A stretch of 60,411 bases of DNA, taken from contig CAZNEH010000004.1 of the NCBI GenBank assembly GCA_964572175.1, positions 1 through 60,411 on the forward strand. Direction: 5' to 3'. Origin of the DNA: an uncultured Gammaproteobacteria bacterium. Lineage in GTDB: Bacteria > Patescibacteriota > Patescibacteriia > UBA9570 > CAZNEH01. The translations under genes were made by a program, and so were the position numbers. Within the stretch, counting starts at the first letter, position 1. Each line of letters opens with the position of its first letter. Of this stretch, positions 10,458 to 19,406 are shown one piece after another. The notes beneath the pieces were generated by a model, which worked only from the letters and a program-made list of their open reading frames with translations, was not told the origin of the DNA and did not search any database.

Positions 10458-10602
10458 GGGGTTTTTCCTCCCCCGGTTGAAGTTCACTTAAACCTTATAA
10501 TTATTAACCTTTCTAGTCAAGGTGATTACCCTTGACATTTTAGATATTTTATGACAAAGTAGGCTCACCCCCCCCCCACTGCCCTCAGAAAGGAGGCACC
10601 TG

Positions 10603-11508
10603 ATGACTATGTCCCGTCCCCCCTCGCAGAGCGACGAGCACTTCGAGTACCAGATCTACGGGGATCACCACGAGGCCACACACTGCATCGTGTTCCTGCA
10701 CGGTACCCTGCTCAGCAGCTTCGGCATGTTCACGGGCCGGCAGATCAGCCAGCTCATCGCCATGGCCGAGCGAGACCTGGGCCACAAGGTCTGCATCCTG
10801 GCCTTCACCAGGCCCGGGTACGGCCACCCCGAGATCGAGAACACCACCGTCGACTTCGGGTTCATGGCTCGCCGCTACGCCGACAAGATCCGCAAGCTGG
10901 GGTTTACCCCCCTGGCCGTGATCGGTCACTCCGGTGGCTCCCTGACGGCTCACTACCTGGCCCTCCGGCTTCACCAGAGCTACCCGGACATCCGTCTGGT
11001 CCAGATCGCCCCCACCTGCGCCAACGACGTCCTCAAGTACCACCAGTTCCAGGGCAAGCTCAAGTTCCAGTGGATCCGCGACCTCTTCAGCAAGTGGCCG
11101 CTCCTGCCCCGCCTGCTGTCCTGGTCCATCGGCCAGCTCAACAAGCGCTCGGCCAAGACCCAGTTCGAGACTTGGGCTCAAGGCGCTGACGAGTGGATGC
11201 TGAGCGATCCGGAGATGCGCGGTGGTCTGTCCGAGTCCATCCAGCGCTCGGCCAGTAACTCCCGCTGCGGCTGCGGCTTCCACCTGGACTACGAGGTCTT
11301 CGTCTCCCGGTGGCGCACCATGAAGCCCTTCCAGAACTCCCTGCTCCTGGGCTTCAGCGAGGACACCATTGTGCCCCCGGACATGGTTCGCTGCCTGGCC
11401 GACGAGGTCGAAGGTCGCTACCAGATCATGGACGGCGGCCACTTCGACGCCTGGCACCCCGAGAGCATGACCTGGACCACGGTCCTCGAGTTCTGCCTCG
11501 ACCAGTAG
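10603..11508 (+). CDS. GC-rich alpha/beta hydrolase
   Basis: FLHG, GHSGG nucleophile elbow, 'EDTIVP' acid, GGH His; strong SD AGAAAGGAGG. Confidence 0.8.
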   Translation: MTMSRPPSQSDEHFEYQIYGDHHEATHCIVFLHGTLLSSFGMFTGRQISQLIAMAERDLGHKVCILAFTRPGYGHPEIENTTVDFGFMARRYADKIRKLGFTPLAVIGHSGGSLTAHYLALRLHQSYPDIRLVQIAPTCANDVLKYHQFQGKLKFQWIRDLFSKWPLLPRLLSWSIGQLNKRSAKTQFETWAQGADEWMLSDPEMRGGLSESIQRSASNSRCGCGFHLDYEVFVSRWRTMKPFQNSLLLGFSEDTIVPPDMVRCLADEVEGRYQIMDGGHFDAWHPESMTWTTVLEFCLDQ

Positions 11509-11521
11509 GGTGCTGGTCCAC

Positions 11522-11579
11522 AACGACTCGCTGCGCGCGCACCACCCACGGTGCCGCGTAGCCAGTCGTTCTTTTTTTT
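11522..11579 (+). terminator. GC-rich bulged hairpin + T8, related to the cassette 3' hairpins
   Basis: aacgact-c-gctgcg...cgtagc-c-agtcgtt with internal CGCGCGCACC, followed by T-run. Confidence 0.7.
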
Positions 11580-11589
11580 GCTATAAAAA

Positions 11590-11610
11590 AATCGCGCAAT
11601 AATCGCGCAA
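11590..11610 (+). repeat. 21-bp direct repeat, right copy
   Basis: Identical to 9989-10009. Confidence 0.8.
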
Positions 11611-11626
11611 CCCATCCCGCAAAGAA

Positions 11627-12577
11627 TTATTGCATGTCAAAAGTTTTTTGATCTGAACTCACTAATAAATGCCCATGAGAACATTTATGTTTTTTACTAA
11701 AGAGATCTTTTTTTATAGAAATTTGTTCCAAAGTTTCTTTACGAGTGTTTCCCAAAACAACCTGATCCTTGCTTTCCACACATGGAGTAACATCACCATT
11801 AGAAAAAATATTTAGTTGTCCAGTAAAAGCAAAGCACTCTAAAGTTTTTGAGTGTTTTTTTAAAGTTACTTCCTCAGCTAGTTTACAAATTTTATAATTA
11901 TTTTCTTCATTCACAGTAGAAGCAGGAGTAGATAGTTTAATTTTTATTTGATTCCCATATTTTTCTATCATTTCCTTAGTCTTTATAAGAAGTTTCTTAT
12001 AAGCCTCTTCATTAAACTCATATTTTTCTCTCATCTCATCTTTTTTTCCTCGACCCAAAGCTTTAAAAGTTCCAAATCGAATAGTTTCAATTCCCAAGTC
12101 AATGGCAATCGTAATTATTTCCTCCATAAAATCAATATTATTTTTAGTCAAAGTAGTTCTAATTTTTACATTTACTCCTGCTTTTTGATAAGTCTTTAAA
12201 TTAGGAATAATATTTTTATATTGCGCATGCTTAGGGCGAGCAAAATTATCCAAAGAAAACATAACACTGTCAATATTTTTTTCTCTTAAAACTTTAAATT
12301 TTTCATTATAAGGAATAGTCCCATTAGTGATAATGGTCATATTTTCCAAAGTTTTAAACTCATTTAAAATTAGCGGTAAATCCAATCTCAAAAAAGGTTC
12401 ACCACCTTCGATGTGAATATCTTTGTAATCAATTTTATTTAGTTGTTGTACCACCTCAATCATTTCGTCTGTATTCAGCTCGTCTGGTAGAACATTACCA
12501 CTATCTGCTAAACAATGCTCACAGCCCAAGTTGCACTTTTCCGTAATAATTAGATGGATTAATTTATATTTTTTCAT
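11627..12577 (-). CDS. Radical SAM protein with SPASM/twitch-like C-terminus
   Basis: CNLGCEHC (CxxxCxxC), GGEPF, C-terminal C...GDVTPC...LGN. Confidence 0.85.
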   Translation of the reverse strand: MKKYKLIHLIITEKCNLGCEHCLADSGNVLPDELNTDEMIEVVQQLNKIDYKDIHIEGGEPFLRLDLPLILNEFKTLENMTIITNGTIPYNEKFKVLREKNIDSVMFSLDNFARPKHAQYKNIIPNLKTYQKAGVNVKIRTTLTKNNIDFMEEIITIAIDLGIETIRFGTFKALGRGKKDEMREKYEFNEEAYKKLLIKTKEMIEKYGNQIKIKLSTPASTVNEENNYKICKLAEEVTLKKHSKTLECFAFTGQLNIFSNGDVTPCVESKDQVVLGNTRKETLEQISIKKDLFSKKHKCSHGHLLVSSDQKTFDMQ

Positions 12578-12634
12578 ATTAGAGTAATCTTGGCATATTT
12601 TTTAAATAAAATCAAGGTATGCTATAATAAACCC

Positions 12635-13294
12635 ATGATTCAATTCAAAAACGCCTCAAAAAAATACCAATTAGGCGGAGAAACAATCCATGCCTTAAAC
12701 AATGTTTCTTTAGAAATAAAAAAAGGCTCTTTTACGGCTATCATGGGCCCATCTGGCTCTGGTAAATCAACCTTTTTAAACATGATCGGTGGTCTAGATC
12801 GTCCAGACAAAGGCCAGATTATTATTGAAGACATAGATTTACACAAACTAAGAGACAAAAAATTAGCCAACTATCGAAATGAAAAAGTTGGTTTTATTTT
12901 TCAAAGTTTTAATTTACAATCAATTTATTCTGCCTTAGAAAATGTAATGCTGCCAATGTATTTTTCTAAAAATAAAAAACAGCGCCAGAAAAAAGCTGAA
13001 GACATTTTAAAATTAGTTGGCTTATCTAAAAGAATTAAAAACAAGCCTGGGCAATTATCAGGCGGAGAGCAACAGCGCGTCGCCGTAGCCAGGGCCTTAG
13101 TTAATAACCCAGAAATTTTACTAGCAGACGAACCCACTGGAAATCTAGACTCCAAAAACGGCAAAGCTATCATGAAGCTACTAACTGATTTAAACAAACA
13201 AAAACAAATTACCATAGTAATGGTTACTCATGATCCAGAAATGGCTAAATACGCCGACCGGATTATAAGAATTAAAGATGGACAAATCCGATGA
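12635..13294 (+). CDS. MacB/LolD-type ABC ATP-binding protein
   Basis: GPSGSGKST, LSGGEQQRVA, LADEPTGNLD; ATG 6 nt after TATAAT. Confidence 0.9.
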   Translation: MIQFKNASKKYQLGGETIHALNNVSLEIKKGSFTAIMGPSGSGKSTFLNMIGGLDRPDKGQIIIEDIDLHKLRDKKLANYRNEKVGFIFQSFNLQSIYSALENVMLPMYFSKNKKQRQKKAEDILKLVGLSKRIKNKPGQLSGGEQQRVAVARALVNNPEILLADEPTGNLDSKNGKAIMKLLTDLNKQKQITIVMVTHDPEMAKYADRIIRIKDGQIR

Positions 13295-14673
13295 GTATAT
13301 TAGACGCTTTAAAAATAGCTTTTAAAAATCTGTGGCGCCGCAAGCTGCGGACTACTCTTACTATTTTTGCTGTTTCAGTTGGGGTAACTGCCGTAGTCTC
13401 TCTCGTGGCCATTGCTTTGGGCGCGCAAAACGCTTTTATTGGCCAGATTGAATCCATTGGCATGCTTTCTCGAGTTACCGTTGTTGGCATGGCTGATATC
13501 GAAGAAGTGAGTCTTTTTGACGGCATGAATTATGCTGAAGACGACCCAGATGCTACTACCTTAGACGACGCCATGATCGAAGAATTAAAAAACATTAATA
13601 ATGTCACAGCTGTTTTCCCAGATATTGATGTCTGGTCTTATAGTAACTTATTTTTTGAACACAACGGCGAGGCTAAAAGGGCCAGTCCTCACTTAACCAG
13701 CACTCCAGTTACGCCTAATCCAGACGATCAAGTTACCTTAGCTGCCGGCCGTCACTTTACTAGTAATTCTGAAAAAAATGTTATTATTTTAGGAAATACT
13801 TATGTTGAAGCTTTTGGTTTTACCCCAGAAGAAATAATTGGCCAAGAAGTAACTCTTCGTTCTCATGAAGGAAGCTTTGGAATTAACGATGAGCTTCCAG
13901 ATCCTTTTACTAGTGATGCCGATGATTGGAAAAATCATCGCAGCCAAGTCACGGCTACTATTATCGGAGTCACTACCATGGGTCCAGCTGAAAGCAATGC
14001 CTATATTTCCATTGATTGGGCTAAAGACTTAATGAAGCGCAAAGAATATGAATGGCCAGAAGAAGAGGATTATCAAGCCGAGCCTAAAGAAGTGATAGTT
14101 GATGAATTAGAAGACAGGGGATACAGTACTTTATCTGTTTACGTAAACAATTCAGACAATGTTGAACAAGCCTCTTTAGATATTGAAGAAAAATACGTAG
14201 TTAGTGCTATTACCATGGAAGATCTTTTAGCTGAGATTATGAATCTATTTACTATTATCGAGGTAGTCTTGGGCATTATTGGTTCTATTTCTTTAGGCGT
14301 AGCCGCTATTGGTATTGTAAACACCATGGTTATGTCTATTTACGAACGTACTCGAGAAATCGGAGTTATGAAAGCCGTGGGTGCTTCCAAGTCTGCTATT
14401 AGAAAAATGTTTACTATCGAAGCATCTCTAATAGGTCTTCTAGGCGGAGCCATTGGTTTAGGAATGGGTTATGCGCTTACTATCGGCGCTAATTACGCGG
14501 CTAATTATTTCATGTCCCAAGAAAGCATTCCTTTAACCAATATAATAGAACTTCCTCTTTATCTAACTTTAGGCGTTATTGCCTTTTCTACAATCATCGG
14601 TACCTTAGCTGGGCTGTACCCTGCTTGGCGGGCTGCCAGACTAGATCCAATTAAAGCATTACATAGCGAGTAG
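13291..14673 (+). CDS. MacB/FtsX-type ABC permease
   Basis: 'RKLRTTLT' N-terminus, periplasmic domain, 'ERTREIGVMKAVGA', 'PAWRAARLDP'. Confidence 0.9.
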   Translation: MSILDALKIAFKNLWRRKLRTTLTIFAVSVGVTAVVSLVAIALGAQNAFIGQIESIGMLSRVTVVGMADIEEVSLFDGMNYAEDDPDATTLDDAMIEELKNINNVTAVFPDIDVWSYSNLFFEHNGEAKRASPHLTSTPVTPNPDDQVTLAAGRHFTSNSEKNVIILGNTYVEAFGFTPEEIIGQEVTLRSHEGSFGINDELPDPFTSDADDWKNHRSQVTATIIGVTTMGPAESNAYISIDWAKDLMKRKEYEWPEEEDYQAEPKEVIVDELEDRGYSTLSVYVNNSDNVEQASLDIEEKYVVSAITMEDLLAEIMNLFTIIEVVLGIIGSISLGVAAIGIVNTMVMSIYERTREIGVMKAVGASKSAIRKMFTIEASLIGLLGGAIGLGMGYALTIGANYAANYFMSQESIPLTNIIELPLYLTLGVIAFSTIIGTLAGLYPAWRAARLDPIKALHSE

Positions 14674-14736
14674 GGTATTAGTTGACAAGTTTTAATATTC
14701 ATGATAATATAAACTTGTAAACAAATTAATTATATT

Positions 14737-15763
14737 ATGGATATTAAAGACCTTATTTTAAAGATTATAAACAAGAAAGGGCAAGTTAGCACTGCGGAAA
14801 TAGTTAAAAAGACTAGTTTTTCCAAAGCTTATATAAATCGCTTCTTTAAAGAACTTCAAGAAGAAGGAAAAATTGTTTTAATTGGTCAAACTAATAAAGC
14901 TCATTATGTTAAAGCTGATAAAAACAGCCTTTTAAAAGCCAAGAGAAAAATAAAGAGATTTAATAAAAGAGTAGATAATAAAAATTTATCAGAAGATTTA
15001 ATTTTAAAAGAGCTAAAACAAAAAACAGGAATCCTTTTAGATGTGCCTGATAATGTAGTTACTATATTTGGATACGCTTTTAGTGAAATTTTAAACAATG
15101 CTATTGATCATTCCCAGTCTAAAAAAATTAATATTCAAGCAGTTAATCATAAAGATGTTCTACGTTTTGACATTATTGATTATGGAATTGGAATTTTTGA
15201 TAAAATTAAAAATAAAAAAAAAGTTAAATAATAATTTAGAAGCAATTCAAGAATTATTAAAAGGAAAACAAACAACTGACCCCAAAAGACACTCTGGAGA
15301 AGGTATATTTTTCACCTCAAAAGCAGCTGATAGTCTAACCATTGTTAGCTCAGAGAATAAAATTATTTTTAATAATTTAATTGAGGATGTTTTTATTTAT
15401 GATCAAAAAAGATTTAAAGGAACCAAGGTTTCTTTTTCTATTTCTTTAAAAAGCCCAAGGCAGCTAGAAGATATTTTTAAGCAGTATACTAATAATTCTT
15501 TTGAATTTTCTAAAACTAAAGTAATTATTAAATTATATAAAATAGATACCGACTATTTATCTAGATCTCAGGCCAGAAGAGTAGTTAGCGGATTAGTAAA
15601 ATTTAAAAATATTATTCTTGATTTTAAAAACGTAAAAACAGTTGGCCAAGCCTTTGCTGATGAAATTTTTAGAGTTTGGCAGTCAAATCATCCTCAGATA
15701 AAAATTACCACTGAAAATACAAATAAAAACATAGATTTTATGATTAATAGGGCTTCGCAATAA
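14737..15763 (+). pseudogene. HTH + histidine-kinase-like ATPase + STAS-like (DUF4325) protein split by a frameshift in an A9 run
   Basis: ORF 14737..15231 (EILNNAIDH, DYGIG) continues in +1 frame in ORF 15098..15763 (GEGIFF, SRSQARR, GQAFADEIFR); removing one A at 15214-15222 fuses them. Confidence 0.75.
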
Positions 15764-15764
15764 T

Positions 15765-16523
15765 ATGAAACTAATCTCTTGGAACGTTAACGGCCTCAGG
15801 GCGGCTGAAAAAAAAGGATTCATCGATTGGGTTTTACATGAAAGTCCAGATATTTTGTGTTTACAAGAAACCAAGGCTCATGCCTCGCAGCTTTCTGAAG
15901 AACTATTAAACTTAGACGACTATCATGTTTATTTTTCCCAGCCCGAAAAAAAGGGTTACAGCGGCGTTGCCTTATATACTCGTCAAGAACCTAAGAGCGT
16001 TGGTTTTGATTTTGGTTATTCCAAGTACGATAAAGAGGGCAGAGTTATCATGGCTGACTATGGCAAATTTTTATTATTTAACATTTACTTTCCTAATGGC
16101 GGAGCTTCTGACGAGCGCCTTAAATATAAATTAAATTTTTATGATTATTTCTTAAAGTATTTGCAAAAATTTAAAAATAAAAAAATTATTATTTGCGGAG
16201 ACTATAACACTGCTCATCACGAGATAGACCTAGCCAGGCCAAAGCCAAACTTAGACAACTCTGGATTCATGCCCATTGAACGAAAGCGCTTAGACAAACT
16301 CGAAGCCATGGGCTTTTTAGACACTTTTAGAATGTTTAATACTAAAGGCGAAAATTATAGCTATTGGGACATGAAGACCAGGGCCCGAGACCGTAATGTT
16401 GGCTGGCGCATAGATTATTTTTGGGCTTCAAAAAATTTAAAGCCTCAAATTAAAAAAGCCTCAATCATGCCCGATGTTTTAGGTTCTGATCATTGCCCAG
16501 TCACCTTAGAAATTTTGCTGTAG
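15765..16523 (+). CDS. xth: Exodeoxyribonuclease III
   Basis: SWNVNGLRA, LQETK, GYSGVA, GDYN, GWRIDY, SDHCP. Confidence 0.95.
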   Translation: MKLISWNVNGLRAAEKKGFIDWVLHESPDILCLQETKAHASQLSEELLNLDDYHVYFSQPEKKGYSGVALYTRQEPKSVGFDFGYSKYDKEGRVIMADYGKFLLFNIYFPNGGASDERLKYKLNFYDYFLKYLQKFKNKKIIICGDYNTAHHEIDLARPKPNLDNSGFMPIERKRLDKLEAMGFLDTFRMFNTKGENYSYWDMKTRARDRNVGWRIDYFWASKNLKPQIKKASIMPDVLGSDHCPVTLEILL

Positions 16524-16664
16524 CCACATAATCGCTCCAATAACAACCATAGCGATTATACAGCCAATAAAAATGTAAGTCTTTATTGTCGGTTCTGTAG
16601 ATACCGGCTTTTTTTGCGCGTACTTTTTTTCTACCGCTCTTTTAACTGGGTTAATAGTTACCAT
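16506..16664 (-). CDS. 52-aa single-TM protein (below ORF-track cutoff)
   Basis: MVTINPVKRAVEKKYAQKKPVSTEPTIKTYIFIGCIIAMVVIGAIMWLQQNF; starts immediately after the DJ-1 stop. Confidence 0.5.
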   Translation of the reverse strand: MVTINPVKRAVEKKYAQKKPVSTEPTIKTYIFIGCIIAMVVIGAIMWLQQNF

Positions 16665-16665
16665 A

Positions 16666-17172
16666 TCATTTTAAAGCATTTAAAACTGTTAATCCAAATT
16701 CAGAGGCAGCACTTGGACCATTACCAGTAATTAGTAAACCATCTTTAGTTACTGCCGCTCCAGTATACTGAGCTTTGTGTTTTTTTAAGTGTGCTTCCGC
16801 TCCATCCCAAGAAGTGGCTTCTTTGTCTTCTAATAATCCCGCGTTAGCTAAAATTTTAGGAGCTACGCAAATCGCACCAGTAATTTTACCTGCCTCATAA
16901 AAATCTTTAGCTAGTTTCACAAATTTTTCGTTATCCACCAAATCTACCATTCCTTGGCCACCTACAAATATCACCCCATCAAAATCTTCCACTTTAACAT
17001 CATCAACTACTAAATCTATTTTAGCTTCACCACCTAAAAACCCTTGGGCCATTCCTGGCCCCAAAGAAGCAGTTTTTACCTCTACGCCGCCCTCTGTAAG
17101 CACCATTTTAGGGGTGTTATACTCTATGTCTTGATAGTCTTTTGGGGCTATCACCATTAGTATCATTTTCAT
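16666..17172 (-). CDS. DJ-1/PfpI family protein
   Basis: E18-type Glu, GGQG, AICVAP nucleophile, ITGNGP. Confidence 0.9.
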   Translation of the reverse strand: MKMILMVIAPKDYQDIEYNTPKMVLTEGGVEVKTASLGPGMAQGFLGGEAKIDLVVDDVKVEDFDGVIFVGGQGMVDLVDNEKFVKLAKDFYEAGKITGAICVAPKILANAGLLEDKEATSWDGAEAHLKKHKAQYTGAAVTKDGLLITGNGPSAASEFGLTVLNALK

Positions 17173-17211
17173 GTATATATTATAGCATATTATGCTTTTC
17201 CACAGCTACCC

Positions 17212-17239
17212 TTGACAAATATTAAAAAACTGGTAAGAT
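17212..17239 (+). promoter_or_regulatory. Sigma70-type promoter for the sRNA candidate
   Basis: TTGACA-16-TAAGAT with extended -10 TG. Confidence 0.6.
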
Positions 17240-17245
17240 TGGCTA

Positions 17246-17505
17246 AACTCAGAAAGGAGTTTTGGTGGCCGTCCTTTTAAATATTATAAAGATATAGAAA
17301 GTCTCTGGCGAGAACACATTACTATGACTTCCCCTCCTTGGTCATAAATGTCTGTTCCTTGCCAGCGGCTTTCTGCACCTTTAAATTTACCTGCCGTAGT
17401 AGGCAGGAAAAGCACCCACCATCTCATTTGTATGGAACAAGGATAACGACTCCTCCTTAGTTATTCTTTCCTTCATGCAAATGGGGTAGTGGGTGTTTTA
17501 TTTTT
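17246..17505 (+). ncRNA. Candidate structured sRNA with two CCUCCUU (anti-SD) apical loops
   Basis: Long hairpins 17296-17374 and 17409-17499 with many G-U pairs on the + strand, short hairpin 17390-17407, 3' U-tract, upstream promoter, no credible ORF. Confidence 0.6.
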
Positions 17506-18007
17506 CCCGAATTAATTCGTCTTTAATAGTTTCTACTGCTTCCCCGAGCATTTTTTTTACTTTAGCCCTCTCTAAGAGAGAGAACCTATTTAAAACAAAT
17601 TTAGAAGTATCTTTAATATTTTTCTTAGCAATCCCTAACTTAACTCGATTAAACTCCTCAGTTCCTAAATGCTGAATAATAGACTTAATTCCGTTATGTC
17701 CGCCGCTACCGCCCTGTGGTTTTACTTTGATCTTACCTAGCTCCATATCTTTATCATCATGAACCACCCAAACATCGCTTGGGTCTATTTTATAATATTG
17801 GCAGATTTTAGACACTGCTCGGCCACTTTCGTTCATAAAAGTAGTTGGCTTAGCAAACATAGCGCTGCCCTCTCTAGTAATTTCAGCTTCTAGCTTTTTT
17901 TCCAAAGAAAACTCACTAGTCATCTCATCTAAGACCATAAAGCCTAGATTATGCCTGGTTTTTTTGTATTCTTCACCTGGATTTCCCAGGCCTATAATTA
18001 ATTTCAT
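17498..18007 (-). CDS. pth: Peptidyl-tRNA hydrolase
   Basis: GLGNPG..Y..TRHNLG, FMNESG, VVHDD, GGHNG. Confidence 0.95.
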   Translation of the reverse strand: MKLIIGLGNPGEEYKKTRHNLGFMVLDEMTSEFSLEKKLEAEITREGSAMFAKPTTFMNESGRAVSKICQYYKIDPSDVWVVHDDKDMELGKIKVKPQGGSGGHNGIKSIIQHLGTEEFNRVKLGIAKKNIKDTSKFVLNRFSLLERAKVKKMLGEAVETIKDELIREK

Positions 18008-18032
18008 ATTTTATGGTGAGTTTATCGAACCA

Positions 18033-19406
18033 TTATTTTTCTACGATTAGCTTAATCGGCGTTCCTTTAAAGTCATATTTTTGTCTAAACATTTTTTCAA
18101 TAATTTTTACCAACGAAGGAGCTACCATCTTAGGATTTTTAGAATGAATATAAAAAGTCGGTGGTTTAGTATCTATTTGTTCAAAGCGTCCTAGTTTCAG
18201 AGGTTTTTTTTGTTGACCATGAGTAATGGTTTGTTTTTGCTTAGGTTTATATTTATTAAAGAAATGTTCTCTTAGATCAGCTATTTCTTCTTCTGGAATT
18301 TCTCGTTCTTGATTTTCTTTAACTTTTAAAGCTAGGTCTAAAACTTTTTTCACTCTTTGCTTCGTTTTAGCAGAAGTCATTATAATCGGGGCCCAAGTAG
18401 CAAAGGGTAGGGAAGTGTAAAAATATTTTTCATATTTTTTAATCGTGGCTGCATCTTTTTCTGGAATTAAGTCCCATTTATTTAAGACCAAAATTAAACT
18501 CTTGCCCTCATCTACTATGGTTTGAACTATTGCTTTATCTTGAGCATTAATCCTTTTGTGCACTTCTAAAACTAGTAAAACAATATCTGCTTCTCGAATA
18601 GCATTTATTGTAGAGCCAACTCCTTCTTTTTCAATCTTAGCTAAAAATCTTTTTCCTTCGCCTTTCCATTTTCCAACTCGAGCCTTTCTTCTTAGTCCAG
18701 CGGTATCAATTAAAACAAATAAGTCTTTGCCATATTGAAACTCAACATCATTAATGTCTCGAGTGGTATGGGCAATCTCACTAACTACTACGCGTTCTTC
18801 ACCAATAATTGCATTTAACAAAGAAGACTTACCAACATTCGGTTGACCAATGATTGCGATCTTAGTAGACTCCTTTTCCTCGTCCGCTAATTTTTGCTTT
18901 GGTAAAAGATCAGTAATCACATCCAATAAATCACCAGTTCCCAGGCCGTTTAACCCAGAACAAATTTGGGAGTGTTTAAATTTTAATTTATGAACATCAG
19001 CATCAACTTTATGCTGGTCTTTTAAGGAATCAATTTTATTAATCGCTAAAACTACCGGCTTTTTTAATTCTAATAAATTTTTAGCAATTTCTTTGTCTTG
19101 TGGAAGCAGGTCCATCTTTCCGTCCATAACAAAAATAACTACGCTAGCTTGTTGTAAAGCTATTTGAATCTGCTTTTTAATATTTTGTTCTAATTCTGGT
19201 TCATCAAAAATATCTAGCCCCCCAGTATCAATAAGTTCGAACTCTTTATTTTGCCAAGCTACCTTTGCAAAGTTACGATCTCTAGTGGTTCCGGCCAAAT
19301 CAGAAACAATCGCTTTTTTAGTTTCTGCTAAACGATTAAATAATGTTGATTTTCCGACATTTGTCCTCCCACAAATGACGACTCGAGGTAATTTTTTAGA
19401 GGACAT
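18033..19406 (-). CDS. der: Ribosome biogenesis GTPase Der (EngA)
   Basis: Two G domains: GRTNVGKST/DTGG/NKID and GQPNVGKSS/DTAG/NKWD. Confidence 0.95.
   Translation of the reverse strand: MSSKKLPRVVICGRTNVGKSTLFNRLAETKKAIVSDLAGTTRDRNFAKVAWQNKEFELIDTGGLDIFDEPELEQNIKKQIQIALQQASVVIFVMDGKMDLLPQDKEIAKNLLELKKPVVLAINKIDSLKDQHKVDADVHKLKFKHSQICSGLNGLGTGDLLDVITDLLPKQKLADEEKESTKIAIIGQPNVGKSSLLNAIIGEERVVVSEIAHTTRDINDVEFQYGKDLFVLIDTAGLRRKARVGKWKGEGKRFLAKIEKEGVGSTINAIREADIVLLVLEVHKRINAQDKAIVQTIVDEGKSLILVLNKWDLIPEKDAATIKKYEKYFYTSLPFATWAPIIMTSAKTKQRVKKVLDLALKVKENQEREIPEEEIADLREHFFNKYKPKQKQTITHGQQKKPLKLGRFEQIDTKPPTFYIHSKNPKMVAPSLVKIIEKMFRQKYDFKGTPIKLIVEK

Noticed and set aside
10585-11523. 312-aa minus-strand ORF, and similar antisense ORFs at 31546-32730, 25823-26428 and 27234-27581
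   Set aside because: Shadow ORFs caused by GC-rich codon bias; the + strand frames carry the SD and family motifs
17266-17298. Short ORF after the SD-like AGAAAGGAG in the sRNA locus
   Set aside because: Only about 10 codons from a GTG start, and the SD is paired in a local hairpin; not supportable as a CDS
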